Positions 46,186-57,300 of a stretch of 64,000 nt of DNA are shown in pieces. Below the pieces are notes generated by a model. The model made no database searches, had not been told where the DNA came from, and saw only the letters and a list, made by a program, of their open reading frames with translations. Source of the stretch: Oscillospiraceae bacterium (lineage in GTDB: Bacteria > Bacillota > Clostridia > UBA1212 > UBA1255); the NCBI GenBank assembly GCA_015069185.1, contig SVJB01000005.1, forward strand, positions 55,958-119,957, written 5' to 3'. A program made the translations under genes and the position numbers. Every line of letters starts with the position of its first letter. Within the stretch, counting starts at the first letter, position 1.

Positions 46186-47853
46186 ATGCTCTTATCAGGT
46201 GCAGACATTTTAATTAAAACTCTCATAGAACAAGGTTGTGACACGGTGTTTGGATATCCCGGTGGTCAGATACTTGATGTATACGACAGTCTGTATAAGC
46301 ATCAAAATGACATCAGACATATTTTAACAGCTCATGAGCAGGGTGCAGCACATGCTGCTGATGGTTATGCAAGGGCTACAGGAAGAGTAGGTGTAGTGAT
46401 ATCAACATCAGGTCCCGGAGCTACGAATCTGGTTACAGGAATTGCAACTGCATATCTTGATTCTGTCCCACTGGTTGCTATTTGCGGAAATGTACCTACA
46501 TATCAGATCGGTACTGATAGTTTTCAGGAAATAGACATAACAGGTATTACTTTGCCTATAACAAAACATAATTATTTTGTAGGATCAGTAGATCGCTTAG
46601 CAGATATAGTCAGAGAAGCTTTTACTCTGGCTATGTCGGGAAGACCGGGGCCTGTACTCATAGATATACCCAAGGATATACAAGCCGCAATGTGTGAATA
46701 TTTGCCACAGACATGCTCTGTTCCTATAGAACCTTTTCCTGCCAAAGACATTCGTATTACAGAAGCTGCGGAATATATCAATAATGCAAAGCGACCATAT
46801 ATTTATTATGGTGGCGGTGTGGTTAGTGCAAATGCCCAGAAACAAATGTTGCAGCTTGCGGATAAAATAAATGCACCTATAGGATGCTCTATGATGGGCT
46901 TGTCCGGTATACCTACAGATCATCCAAGATTTATTGGAATGCAAGGTATGCATGGTCATTACGCATCATCTGTAGTCATGAGCCATGCAGATGTAATAAT
47001 TGCTATGGGTGTAAGATTCAATGATCGTGTTACAGGAGATAGAACAAATTTTGCTCCGGGAACTAAAATAATTCATATTGATATTGATGGATCCGAATTA
47101 TCTAAGTCAGTTATCGCTACTTGTGGCCTGCGTGGAGATGTAAAGAAGACACTGGAGAAGATGTTACCTTTAATAAATGAACGTAACAATCCATTATGGT
47201 GGGATACTATAAATTATTTCAAAAAACAGGAAAAAGACAATCTGGATACTAGACCGGGAATGACACCCCGGAATGTGATTACAAGGCTCAATAATTATCT
47301 GGGTGAGAACACAGCAGTTGCTACAGATGTAGGGCAGCATCAGATGTGGTCTGCTCAGAATCTTGTTTTCAAGAAAGAAAGACGTTTTATATCAAGTGGT
47401 GGCCTTGGTACAATGGGATTTGGCCTTGGAGCTGCTATTGGAGCAGCTTTTGGTACGAAAGAGCGCAGTGTACTTGTTACCGGAGATGGTAGCTTTGGCA
47501 TGAGCTTGCAAGAGCTTGCTACAGCAGTGACATATAAGGTACCGGTTGTTATACTTATAATGAATAACGGAGTACTCGGTATGGTAAGACAGTGGCAGAA
47601 GCTATTCTTTGACAATCACTTCTCCCATACAATATTAGATCGTAAAACAGATTTTGTAGCAGTGGCAAAGTCATTTGGCGCAGATGGCATTAGAGTTATT
47701 GATATAGAAGAATTGGATGTTGCTTTACAACAGGCATTTAATTATGATGGTCCTTTTGTGATTGATTGTCAGATCGACAAGGATGAGCTTGTTCTTCCTA
47801 TGTTACCACCGGGTGGTACAATGGATGACATTATTGTAAAGGTGGATGAATGA
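46186..47853 (+). CDS. ilvB: acetolactate synthase large subunit
   Basis: TPP-binding motif GGLGTMGFGLGAAIGA..GDGSF..NNG. Confidence 0.85.
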   Translation: MLLSGADILIKTLIEQGCDTVFGYPGGQILDVYDSLYKHQNDIRHILTAHEQGAAHAADGYARATGRVGVVISTSGPGATNLVTGIATAYLDSVPLVAICGNVPTYQIGTDSFQEIDITGITLPITKHNYFVGSVDRLADIVREAFTLAMSGRPGPVLIDIPKDIQAAMCEYLPQTCSVPIEPFPAKDIRITEAAEYINNAKRPYIYYGGGVVSANAQKQMLQLADKINAPIGCSMMGLSGIPTDHPRFIGMQGMHGHYASSVVMSHADVIIAMGVRFNDRVTGDRTNFAPGTKIIHIDIDGSELSKSVIATCGLRGDVKKTLEKMLPLINERNNPLWWDTINYFKKQEKDNLDTRPGMTPRNVITRLNNYLGENTAVATDVGQHQMWSAQNLVFKKERRFISSGGLGTMGFGLGAAIGAAFGTKERSVLVTGDGSFGMSLQELATAVTYKVPVVILIMNNGVLGMVRQWQKLFFDNHFSHTILDRKTDFVAVAKSFGADGIRVIDIEELDVALQQAFNYDGPFVIDCQIDKDELVLPMLPPGGTMDDIIVKVDE

Positions 47854-48361
47854 TATGAATAAATATACATTAGCAGTGCTTGTACGCAATCAGTTTGGTG
47901 TCTTGAACAGAGTCACAAGTATGTTCAGAAGACGTCAGTTTAATATCAGCGCGTTAACAGTTAGTGAGACGGAATCAAGCGATTTTTCCCGAATAACAGT
48001 TGTTTTTGAGGGTGAGGAAATATATAAACAACAATTAGTAAATCAGCTATATAAATTACCGGATGTAGATTCAATAAAAGAATTTAATGTAGAGAATTCT
48101 ATAAGTTGTGAATTGTTACTGATTAAAATGCGTAATGATCCTGAAACAAGAGAGGATATACGAGCAGCAGCAAACGCTTTTGGTGCAGTTACTGTGGATT
48201 ATTCAAAGGATTCACTAATGTTCAGACTTACAGATGATTCTATAAAGATAGATGACTTTATTAATCTCATGCGTGATTATAAAATACTTGAGATCTGTCG
48301 TACCGGTAGTGTTTCACTGGAAAAGGGAAGTACCACAATCAGACAAACAATAAATTTTTAA
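47846..48361 (+). CDS. ilvN: acetolactate synthase small (regulatory) subunit
   Basis: ACT-domain N-terminus LAVLVRNQFGVLNRVTSMFRRRQFNI. Overlaps the ilvB stop. Confidence 0.85.
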   Translation: MNDMNKYTLAVLVRNQFGVLNRVTSMFRRRQFNISALTVSETESSDFSRITVVFEGEEIYKQQLVNQLYKLPDVDSIKEFNVENSISCELLLIKMRNDPETREDIRAAANAFGAVTVDYSKDSLMFRLTDDSIKIDDFINLMRDYKILEICRTGSVSLEKGSTTIRQTINF

Positions 48362-48377
48362 AGGATAGAATAGCTTT

Positions 48378-48944
48378 ATGAAAATACTAATACTTTTGTC
48401 AAACGGATTTGAAGAAACAGAGATTATCGCACCTGCGGACATTTTGGTGCGAGGTGGTGTACAGGTTGAGATTTGCAGTATAACAGGCAAACGCGAGATG
48501 ACAGGTACACATAACTTTATATTATTAGCTGATTCTGTATTGCCCAGCGTAGTAGGCGAAGAGACTGCGGAGTTGATTGCAAGCAAATATGATGGTGTTT
48601 TTCTGCCAGGAGGTCAACCGAATGCAAGCAATTTACAGCAAGATTTACGTGTTATTGAGCTTGTAAGGGCATTTCACAAACAGGATAAGCTGGTGTCTGC
48701 TATATGCGCAGCTCCTTGCGTATTAGAAAAAGCCGGCTTGCTGACAGATAAGCGTGCTACATCGTATCCCGGTTGTGTAAATTCTGATAACTGCAGGGAA
48801 TATACAGATGAGAAAGTTGTTCGTGACGGCAAGGTTGTTACAGGCAAAGCTGCAGGCGCTGCGATAGACTTTGGTTTGGAACTTCTTTGGGCTCTTGATA
48901 TGGGTGAAAAGGCTATAGAAGTAAAAAAACAGATATTTTATTAA
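48378..48944 (+). CDS. DJ-1/PfpI family protein
   Basis: Nucleophile elbow SAICAAP and a class-I glutamine-amidotransferase-like fold pattern. Confidence 0.8.
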   Translation: MKILILLSNGFEETEIIAPADILVRGGVQVEICSITGKREMTGTHNFILLADSVLPSVVGEETAELIASKYDGVFLPGGQPNASNLQQDLRVIELVRAFHKQDKLVSAICAAPCVLEKAGLLTDKRATSYPGCVNSDNCREYTDEKVVRDGKVVTGKAAGAAIDFGLELLWALDMGEKAIEVKKQIFY

Positions 48945-49053
48945 AAAAGTTAATATAATTTATAAATATGTCATAAAAAAGACAAAATCATATTGTATCC
49001 TGTAAGGTAGAGCACAGCTTTTTATAGCTGAAATGCTCTCTCCCTCAATGTAA

Positions 49054-49091
49054 GCTGCGCATACCGACAAATGCGCAGCGCTTTTTTTTTT
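49054..49091 (+). terminator. intrinsic terminator
   Basis: Stem GCTGCGCAT / ATGCGCAGC followed by T10. Confidence 0.85.
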
Positions 49092-49135
49092 GCATATAAT
49101 ATGGCTGTACTGTATTTTACATGTGGTGCTATTTA

Positions 49136-49978
49136 ATGAAAACCGATAGAAATATTCTGATAGCTTTTTTTCTTAATTTATTTTTTTCCATATTAGAGAT
49201 ATTTGCAGGCCTTTTCACAGGCAGCATAGCGATCTTATCTGATTCTGTACATGATTTTGGAGACAGTGTGAGTATCGGGCTTGCATATATGCTGGAGAAG
49301 AAGAGCAGAAGGCATCCTGATGAGATGTATACGTATGGATATACAAGATATTCAGTGCTTGGAGCTGCTATAACAAATACAATTCTGATAATTAGCTCTG
49401 TAATGATAGCTGTTAATAGTATTATGAGAATAATGCATCCTGAGAAAATCCAATACAACGGCATGATTTTATTTGCAGCTTTTGGTGTGATTATAAATTT
49501 TATTGCGGCATTTTTTACCAAAGGAGGAAAGTCACTGAATGAAAAAGCTGTGGGATTGCATATGCTGGAGGATGTGCTGTGCTGGGGGATAATATTAATT
49601 GGTGCAGTGGTGATAAAATTCACGGATATTACCATGATAGATGCACTCCTGTCCATCGGGTTGGCTATATTTATTTTTATAAATGCTTTGCGCGGATTTA
49701 AAAAGATACTGGATCTGTTTCTTGAAAAGACACCAGGAGGTATCAGTGTGCCAAAGCTAAGGTCGCAATTAATGGCGATAAACGGCGTTACAGATATATA
49801 TCATATTCACGTAAGGAGCGTGGATGGTGTGATAAACAGTGCTACTATGCATGTGGTGACTACACGTACAGATCATGTTATACTCAAAAAAGAGCTACGG
49901 CGTGTGTTGGAGGAAAATGGAATAGGGCATGCTACGTTAGAGCTGGAAGATGGGGGAGTACGAACAAAAAATACTTGA
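49136..49978 (+). CDS. cation diffusion facilitator (CzcD/ZitB-like) transporter
   Basis: Six TMs. Metal-site motifs SDSVHDFGD and HMLED. Confidence 0.8.
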   Translation: MKTDRNILIAFFLNLFFSILEIFAGLFTGSIAILSDSVHDFGDSVSIGLAYMLEKKSRRHPDEMYTYGYTRYSVLGAAITNTILIISSVMIAVNSIMRIMHPEKIQYNGMILFAAFGVIINFIAAFFTKGGKSLNEKAVGLHMLEDVLCWGIILIGAVVIKFTDITMIDALLSIGLAIFIFINALRGFKKILDLFLEKTPGGISVPKLRSQLMAINGVTDIYHIHVRSVDGVINSATMHVVTTRTDHVILKKELRRVLEENGIGHATLELEDGGVRTKNT

Positions 49979-50009
49979 TATGAAAAAATAAGATATTATT
50001 TAATACAAC

Positions 50010-50044
50010 AAAAACCCCGGCTCTATTGAGCCGGGGTTGATTTT
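50010..50044. terminator. bidirectional intrinsic terminator (CDF gene / gap)
   Basis: Stem CCCCGGCTC-TATT-GAGCCGGGG with an A-run upstream and a T-run downstream. Confidence 0.85.
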
Positions 50045-50060
50045 CACCTGTGAGTCAATA

Positions 50061-51071
50061 TTAGTCTAACTCTGCGAAGTACTTAATTGTTCTAACCATC
50101 TGGCTTGTGTATGAGTTTTCATTATCATACCAAGAAACAACCTGTACCTGTGAAAGTTTGTCATCAATCTTTGTAACCATTGTCTGTGTTGCATCGAAGA
50201 GTGAACCGTATTTGATACCGATGATATCAGAAGAAACGATCTCGTCTTCGTTATAACCGAATGACTGGTTAGCTGCTGCCTTCATAGCTGCGTTGATGCC
50301 TTCTTTTGTTACAGCGCCTTCAACTACTGCAACGAGGATTGTTGTAGAACCTGTAAATGTAGGAACTCTCTGAGCAGAACCGATGAGCTTACCGTTGAGT
50401 TCAGGAATTACAAGACCGATAGCCTTAGCTGCGCCTGTTGAGTTAGGAACGATGTTAGCAGCTGCTGCACGTGAACGACGAAGATCGCCTTTTCTCTGAG
50501 GACCGTCAAGAGTCATCTGGTCACCTGTATAAGCATGAACTGTTGTCATGATACCGCTGAGAACAGGAGCGTAGTCGTTAAGAGCCTTAGCCATAGGAGC
50601 AAGACAGTTTGTTGTGCATGAAGCAGCTGAAATGATTTTATCTTCTTTTGTTAATGTGCCTTCGTTAACGCCGTAAACGATTGTAGGAAGATCATTGCCT
50701 GCAGGAGCTGAAATAACAACTTTCTTAGCACCAGCTGTGATGTGAGCGCTTGCCTTTTCCTTAGATGTATAGAAACCTGTACACTCTAAAACAACATCTA
50801 CATCAAGCTCGCCCCAAGGAAGGTTAGCTGCGTCTTTTTCTGCTAAGATAGTGATCTTCTTGCCGTCAACTGTGATTGAGTTATCATCTGACTCAACTGT
50901 GTGACCTTCGTATCTACCTTGAGCTGTATCATATTTAAGAAGGTGAGCAAGCATCTTAGGGCTTGTCAAGTCGTTAATAGCAACAACTTCATAACCTTCT
51001 GCAGCGAACATCTGTCTGAATGCAAGACGTCCAATTCTACCGAAACCGTTAATAGCAACTTTTACTGCCAT
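50061..51071 (-). CDS. gap: type I glyceraldehyde-3-phosphate dehydrogenase
   Basis: True start is [15 protein letters not shown] at 51071, after a GGAGG RBS. Active site is SCTTNCLAP. Confidence 0.9.
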   Translation of the reverse strand: MAVKVAINGFGRIGRLAFRQMFAAEGYEVVAINDLTSPKMLAHLLKYDTAQGRYEGHTVESDDNSITVDGKKITILAEKDAANLPWGELDVDVVLECTGFYTSKEKASAHITAGAKKVVISAPAGNDLPTIVYGVNEGTLTKEDKIISAASCTTNCLAPMAKALNDYAPVLSGIMTTVHAYTGDQMTLDGPQRKGDLRRSRAAAANIVPNSTGAAKAIGLVIPELNGKLIGSAQRVPTFTGSTTILVAVVEGAVTKEGINAAMKAAANQSFGYNEDEIVSSDIIGIKYGSLFDATQTMVTKIDDKLSQVQVVSWYDNENSYTSQMVRTIKYFAELD

Positions 51072-51166
51072 ATTAAAAACCTCCAAATAAATATATAGTT
51101 TTAACCTCGCTATTATACCGCGAAGCAAATAAAAAAACAATTAATATTTTTATACATAAAAAAGTT

Positions 51167-52231
51167 TTACTGTTTATTAATATATGATGGAAAAACGTAC
51201 TTTGTTATATAGTGACAAGGCTGATTTGCTTTAAGTAACGGGCTGTCCCATGTGGGATGATTGATACTATCAGGTGCAAACTGTGTCTCTAAGCAAAAGG
51301 CGTGGCGATAGCCATATGTCTTACCGTCTTTACCCGTAATATTATCCTTCATAAAGTTTCCGGAGTATAGCTGAATACCAGGCTGAGTTGTGTACACATG
51401 CATTTTAATGCCGCTGATGTCGCCAATAGCGGTAGCGGCAAGTTTCATCTCACCATTGTGTCCCAGAACATAGTTACAATCATAACCACCACCTGCAACA
51501 ATATCAGGATCATCAGCCTTGCATATAAGCCCATCAGCCAGGGCCTTACCGCTTTTAAAGCTTATTGCAGGGGTTACTTCTTTTATCTCTCCAGTGGGGA
51601 GACAGGATGAATTGATCGGAGTAAAGTAATCCGCATATATTTCCAGATAATGGTTATAAATAGTACCACTACCTGCACCGTTCAGATTAAAATAAGAGTG
51701 ATTTGTTGGATTGAATACAGTATCCTTGTCCGATACAGCCTTATAATCAATTGTAAGCTCATTATCGTCAGTAAAGGAATAAGTCACCGTTACATTAACA
51801 TTGCCGGGATAATTCTCACGCATATCAGGATCAAATAGATGCAACACAAGAGCGTTTCCATTGGGATCATACTCATCTACATCCCATATATACGACTCAT
51901 ATCCCTTAATGCCACCGTGAAGATGATTCTCGCGATTATTGATTGCCAGTTGATATTCCTTGCCGTTTAACGTAAAACGGCCGAAAGCAATTCTGTTAGC
52001 ACATCTACCGATGAGTGCACCGAAATACGATCCATGGTAGTCAATATATTCCTGAATGCTGTCAAACCCTATCACCACATCTGTGGCTTTGCCGTCTTTG
52101 TCAGGTATAACGAGGGAACGGATAATGCCACCGTAATTTAATATCTCAACAAAGCCATTCTGACTTTCGATTTTATAGCAAATAATTTTATTTCCGTCTT
52201 TTGTTACGTCAAATATTCTCTCACTGATCAT
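51167..52231 (-). CDS. galM: aldose 1-epimerase (galactose mutarotase)
   Basis: Motifs NHLHGG and TNHSYFNL, with the final CLETQ catalytic Glu region. Confidence 0.8.
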   Translation of the reverse strand: MISERIFDVTKDGNKIICYKIESQNGFVEILNYGGIIRSLVIPDKDGKATDVVIGFDSIQEYIDYHGSYFGALIGRCANRIAFGRFTLNGKEYQLAINNRENHLHGGIKGYESYIWDVDEYDPNGNALVLHLFDPDMRENYPGNVNVTVTYSFTDDNELTIDYKAVSDKDTVFNPTNHSYFNLNGAGSGTIYNHYLEIYADYFTPINSSCLPTGEIKEVTPAISFKSGKALADGLICKADDPDIVAGGGYDCNYVLGHNGEMKLAATAIGDISGIKMHVYTTQPGIQLYSGNFMKDNITGKDGKTYGYRHAFCLETQFAPDSINHPTWDSPLLKANQPCHYITKYVFPSYINKQ

Positions 52232-54068
52232 TCATTAATACCCCTTTGATATCTTTATACATATACAGTGAACCCAGGGCGCAAATAACATCATCTTCTC
52301 CTGCTAATTCAAACACATTGTTGATAGCATCAGAAATATTATCAACAGACATCACATCATCGTTTGTGATATTTCCTGTGGCTATAAATTTATTTGCCAG
52401 ATCAGCAGATGCCATTGCTCTTGGATTGTCAGGTCTTGTAGTTACTACTTTCTTGCAGTAGGGTGACAACATTTTCACCATATTATCTATATCCTTATCT
52501 GCCATCATGCCTGTCAGCAGAATAAACTTCTTGCCTGCAAAATAAGTATTAAGACTTGCTAATGTGCTTATAAGTCCATGCATGTTATGTGCTCCATCAT
52601 AGATGAACATAGGGTTTCGATGCATAATCTCAAATCTGCCCGGCCACTGTACATGACTCATTCCTGTGAAAATATGTTGGTCTGTTATATTCATTTTCTC
52701 TTTGAGAACGCTCAGCACCTCCAATGCAATTGCGGCATTGGTTGGTTGATAGAGACCTGCCAGTGGGATTGATATATTATGATAATCCTTATAACTCAAA
52801 ATATTTCCTGTGATTGTAGATTCATGTATTTGAATTGCATCATCAGACATTGTATGCAGAGTACAATTGTGAGCTCTGACTGTCTCTTGTATGACTCCTG
52901 TGCTGTCACTGCAGGCAACAACAATACCACCATTCTTGATAATACCTGCTTTGGCTTTTGTGACATCTGCCAGTGTGGGTCCAAGTTCCTTTATATGGTC
53001 CATGTCAATCTTTGTGATAACGGCTACCTCCGGGGTGGATATTACGTTTGTTGAGTCAAGCTCGCCGCCGAGACCTACCTCAAACACAACTATGTCGCAG
53101 CCTTTTCTTTTGAAATATTCCAATGCGATAGCCGTGATTAATTCAAACTCCGTAGGTGAATCTTTCATGTCATCTGCGTATGAACGTACGTATGATGTTA
53201 CCTCTGCCAGTTCTTCATCTGTGATAGGTTGTCCGTTTAATTGAATCCGCTCGTTAAATCTGAACATATAAGGGGAGGTGTAGAGACCTACTGTATATCC
53301 TGCATCAAGCAATACTGAATTAAGCATTGAGCATACCGAGCCTTTGCCGTTGGTGCCTGCAACATGAATAAATTTAAGACTGTCCTGGGGGTTGCCAAGC
53401 TTTGCCATAAGCTCCGTAATACGTGACAATCCAAGACGGCTACCTTTCCAGCTGACAGAGTGTATATATGAGGTAGTAGCTTCGTAAGACATTTTATAAG
53501 CCGGATTCATATTCTTTATTTTCACAGCTCTGGCTTTAAGTAAGGCAAATATAGCAAAAGCTTCTATTATTGCAGTACAGATGTAAATAAGACCGCGCAG
53601 TCCCAGAAAGGTCAAATATGCTTTTCCTTCAAAATTCATGAAGAAATAATTTAGTATAGGAGTGGTCACAAGTATAGATGTAAATATATGGGTGATTGTT
53701 GTAATTGATATAAGTGTGGGTAATGGATGTTTTACTCTCTTTCTATCAAAAGCGATCTTACGTATTAGTCCCGGAATTATACCTATCAGGACAGGCCCGA
53801 TTGTGAGAAAGGGATTAAAATCTGCCGGAGTTGTTCCTGTGAGTACTGTGGCACCAAGAAAATCTGCGGCAAAGCCCACTATGGCGCCTGCAAAAGGACC
53901 ATACATAAGGCTGGCTATTATGATAGGGAGATTGCCTAAGCTGATTCTGATACCCATACCAACCGAAATAGATAAGAATCTTGATAGTACTATGCTTAAA
54001 CTGATAAGTACGGCGCAATATACAATAATAAGTAAACGCTTTGTTGTTTTGTTCTGTTGCTTTTTCAT
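52221..54068 (-). CDS. folC: fusion protein: folate-family ECF transporter S component (FolT-like) plus folylpolyglutamate synthase (FolC)
   Basis: The N-terminal ~185 aa are polytopic, with the FolT-like motif LSIVLSRFLSI..GNLPII..GPFAGAIVGFAADFLGA. A Mur-ligase region follows with P-loop HVAGTNGKGS. The ORF is single and uninterrupted. Confidence 0.75.
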   Translation of the reverse strand: MKKQQNKTTKRLLIIVYCAVLISLSIVLSRFLSISVGMGIRISLGNLPIIIASLMYGPFAGAIVGFAADFLGATVLTGTTPADFNPFLTIGPVLIGIIPGLIRKIAFDRKRVKHPLPTLISITTITHIFTSILVTTPILNYFFMNFEGKAYLTFLGLRGLIYICTAIIEAFAIFALLKARAVKIKNMNPAYKMSYEATTSYIHSVSWKGSRLGLSRITELMAKLGNPQDSLKFIHVAGTNGKGSVCSMLNSVLLDAGYTVGLYTSPYMFRFNERIQLNGQPITDEELAEVTSYVRSYADDMKDSPTEFELITAIALEYFKRKGCDIVVFEVGLGGELDSTNVISTPEVAVITKIDMDHIKELGPTLADVTKAKAGIIKNGGIVVACSDSTGVIQETVRAHNCTLHTMSDDAIQIHESTITGNILSYKDYHNISIPLAGLYQPTNAAIALEVLSVLKEKMNITDQHIFTGMSHVQWPGRFEIMHRNPMFIYDGAHNMHGLISTLASLNTYFAGKKFILLTGMMADKDIDNMVKMLSPYCKKVVTTRPDNPRAMASADLANKFIATGNITNDDVMSVDNISDAINNVFELAGEDDVICALGSLYMYKDIKGVLMNDQ

Positions 54069-54100
54069 ACACCGTCACCTCCAAAAACAATTACCGCTAA

Positions 54101-54128
54101 AGTATATCACAACAAAACGGAACTTCAA
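54101..54128 (-). promoter_or_regulatory. putative promoter of the folT-folC fusion gene
   Basis: On the minus strand: TTGAAG (54128-54123), 16-nt spacer, TGaTATACT (hexamer 54106-54101). Confidence 0.5.
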
Positions 54129-54267
54129 GATGCTGATATGACAGTGCCAAATTTTTATTGGGATTTATTTATTTTACTATAACCGTGTCCTATCTCACTC
54201 TTAGTTTTTGAAATTTGCCCATGAAAATTCAAAAACTAAGAAAAAATTCACACTGAACTGTTTTTTG

Positions 54268-54297
54268 TTGACATTTAAGCGCCATTCAGTTTATCAT
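54268..54297 (+). promoter_or_regulatory. putative addA promoter
   Basis: TTGACA (54268-54273), 18-nt spacer, TATCAT (54292-54297). Confidence 0.45.
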
Positions 54298-54344
54298 GTA
54301 CCACATATCAATTATGATAAATACACGCGATAGAGAACGGGGAT

Positions 54345-57300
54345 TTGGCAGTTGTGGATTGGACAAATGAGCAAAGACAAGCAATAGAAACCAGAGGAAA
54401 AAATATGCTGGTAGCTGCTGCGGCAGGTTCCGGCAAGACTGCTGTGCTGGTTCAACGTATCTTTGATGTTATAACACAGAGTACTGATGTTGACCGCCTA
54501 CTTGTAGTAACATTTACTAAAGCAGCTGCAAAGGAAATGAGCGCCCGCCTATATAACAAGTTGTCCGACGCTATGAAGAGCGATGAGCTTGACGATATGA
54601 AAAAAGAACGTATAATGCGTGAGATTATACTTCTGTCCAAGTCTAATATAACCACTATACATTCTTTCTGCCAGAAAATTATCAAAGCTAACTTTAAGGA
54701 AAGCGGCGTAGATCCTTCTGCAACTGTCAGCGACGATAAGGAAACTGAAATACTCAAGCAGGAAAGTCTGGATAATGTTTTCGATAAATATTATCAGCAG
54801 TACAGTCATTCTTTTCGACGATTATTAGACACATATGGCACATATAATTCTGATAGAAGCTTAAGAGAATGTGTACTTTTGGTAGACAAAATAGCTGCCT
54901 CCTGTGTGAATCCTTCCCAGTGGCTTACATGCCAGGCAGATACTTTTGATGCTGACAAAATAAATGACTTTATTGACACAAAATGGGCTACAGAACTTAT
55001 AAAAACCACTAGTGTAGCTATAGATGCATATTGTGATGAGTATAATAGGCTTATAGATTATGCACTGGCAAACGGCGCAGATATGTACGCAGACTGTCTA
55101 CGGAGTGATCTTGCCGGCGTACAAAGATTTGGCAATATTTTGGCAAGCAATGTACAGACATGGAAGAGCTTGTTTGAGGCATCAGGTGCCATATCTTTCA
55201 TAAAAGCTCCTACGCTTAGCAGTAAAATGAAAAGCAATATGCCATCCGCGTGTGTAGATGCCTGTGAATATGTAAAGACGCAGAGAACATCTATAAAGGA
55301 AAAAATAGTAAAATTAATTAAAACAACTTTTGGACCTGACAGCAGCATTCCGACAGACGATATGAAGCTATTATGTGGCGATATGTCAACACTGGTTCAA
55401 TTAGTTATAGATTACAGAAACGAATATAAAGCACAGAAGAAAAAGAATAACATTCTTGATTTTGACGATCTGGAGCATATCGCGTATGAGACGCTGGTTA
55501 ATAATCCTGATGTAGCCGAATATTACAGAAATCTCTTTGATGAAATATATGTGGATGAATATCAGGATACAAGTGAGATACAGGAGGCAATTCTTACATT
55601 CGTATCAAGACAACAGCACAATATGTTTATGGTAGGAGATGTAAAGCAAAGTATCTATTCCTTCAGACAGGCACGTCCGGATATCTTTGTGTCAAAATAT
55701 AGAAAATACGCAAAGGCTACATCTACCGACAAGGATTTGTTGATTCTTCTGAGTAATAATTTCAGAAGTTCAAGAGGAGTGATCGACAGCGTCAACCATG
55801 TGTTTAGCAATATTATGAATGATATTACCTGTGAAATGGATTATTCCCAGGCAGAATACTTATATTGTGGTGCGTTGCTATATGATAACAAAGACGATAA
55901 AAATCCTGTTGAGATACATGTCATACCTAAGGATAATCCTGTTTCAGAGCCTGTATTTGTTGCAAAACAAATAAAAGAACTTGTTGATAGTAAATACCAG
56001 ATAATGGACCTGAAAACGGGTAATACCCGCGATATAACGTATGCAGATATAGTAATTTTATTAAGAAGTTTTTCTAAGAAAGCACCGGACTATGCCTCTG
56101 CTTTGACTGCTATCGGAATACCTGTATATTATCAGGAAGACAGTGGATTTTTCGATTGCGGAGAGATAAATGTATTGATGTCTTTTCTTCATGTTATTGA
56201 TAATCCTTTACAGGATTTACATTTTATATCTGTTATGAGAAATATATACGGCTTTACAGATAGTGAACTTGCTCGGGTGAAAATATTTTTCACAGATAAG
56301 ATAGGTGAAGATGGTCTGGAAAAAGGTAGTCAATTTTTCTTCGAAGCTGTAAAAGCATATACAGAGGGAGAAAATGGCACTGATGGTTATCTCAAAAATA
56401 AGTTAAATGTATTTTTAGACCGACTTAGCTGGATTATGCAACAATCAGCCGGTATGAATGTGTCAGAACTTCTATGGATGATTATGCATGAAAATGACTT
56501 TTATAATACTTTGATGCAATCACAGGATGCAAACGCATATCGCGGCAACATTAATGTGTTACTTAATAGAGCTATTAATTACGATAAGAGTACCAACAAA
56601 GGATTATACAGATTTCTTACTTATTATGATAACTTGAAGAAACGTAATATAGATATAAGCGGAGGCGGCTATAGCGCCGGAGGTAATAACGTAAATATCG
56701 TCAGTGTACATAAAAGTAAAGGACTTGAATTTCCTGTTGTGTTCTTATGCGACACCGGTAAGGAATTTAATTTTATGGATATACGTAAGCGGCTGGTAGT
56801 GCATCGTAATCTTGGCCTGGGTCCTACGTGCTATAACGTCGATAAGAGAGTTACTTATCCGTCTATAATGAAAGAGTGCATAAAACTGCGATATGACTAT
56901 GACATCAGAGCAGAAGAAATGCGTATTCTGTACGTTGCTATGACAAGAGCAAAGGATAAGCTTATCATCACAGGTCGCACATCTAATACTTTTGAGGATT
57001 TCATAATGGAATCCAAGGGGAAGTGCAGCAGTATTACCGGCAAACCTCTTAACTATCATATAATGAGAGCCAGCCGTTTCTTGGATTGGATATCAATGTG
57101 TTATGCAAGTGAAGATAGCAATATTAGAATTAATTGCGTCAAGAGCCTGGCTGACACAGATTTACTTGTTAATGAAACAGATCGTGACGATTCCAGGACA
57201 GATGGAGAGGAACCAAATATCCATATATCTTTCTTGCCGTATATGCCTGAGTATACAGGAATCAAGGAAACAGATAATATAAAAGAGAATGAACATCAGA

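Noticed and set aside
48945-49135. Possible NiCo (czcD-motif) riboswitch upstream of the CDF transporter
   Set aside because: The only strong structure is a plain hairpin plus T10, which reads as the terminator of the DJ-1 gene. I cannot see the four-way-junction conserved G-rich segments. A cmscan would settle it.
49129-49656. 175-aa minus-strand ORF opposite the CDF transporter
   Set aside because: It is antisense to a gene with clear CDF motifs and has no RBS or family resemblance.
51072-51140. 23-codon N-terminal extension of gap in the ORF track
   Set aside because: The canonical GAPDH N-terminus [15 protein letters not shown] starts at 51071, directly after a GGAGG RBS. The extension ([10 protein letters not shown]..) is promoter/UTR sequence.
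53662-54141. 159-aa plus-strand ORF opposite the FolT-like region
   Set aside because: It is antisense to a well-supported membrane-protein coding region. Its hydrophobic translation is a mirror artefact.
54069-54200. THF riboswitch upstream of the FolT-like gene
   Set aside because: On the minus strand there are weak resemblances (AGAGUGAG.., GCAUC..). However, the region is AT-rich, lacks the GGGAUG/GCAUCC pseudoknot pair, and a good promoter leaves only a ~30-nt UTR.
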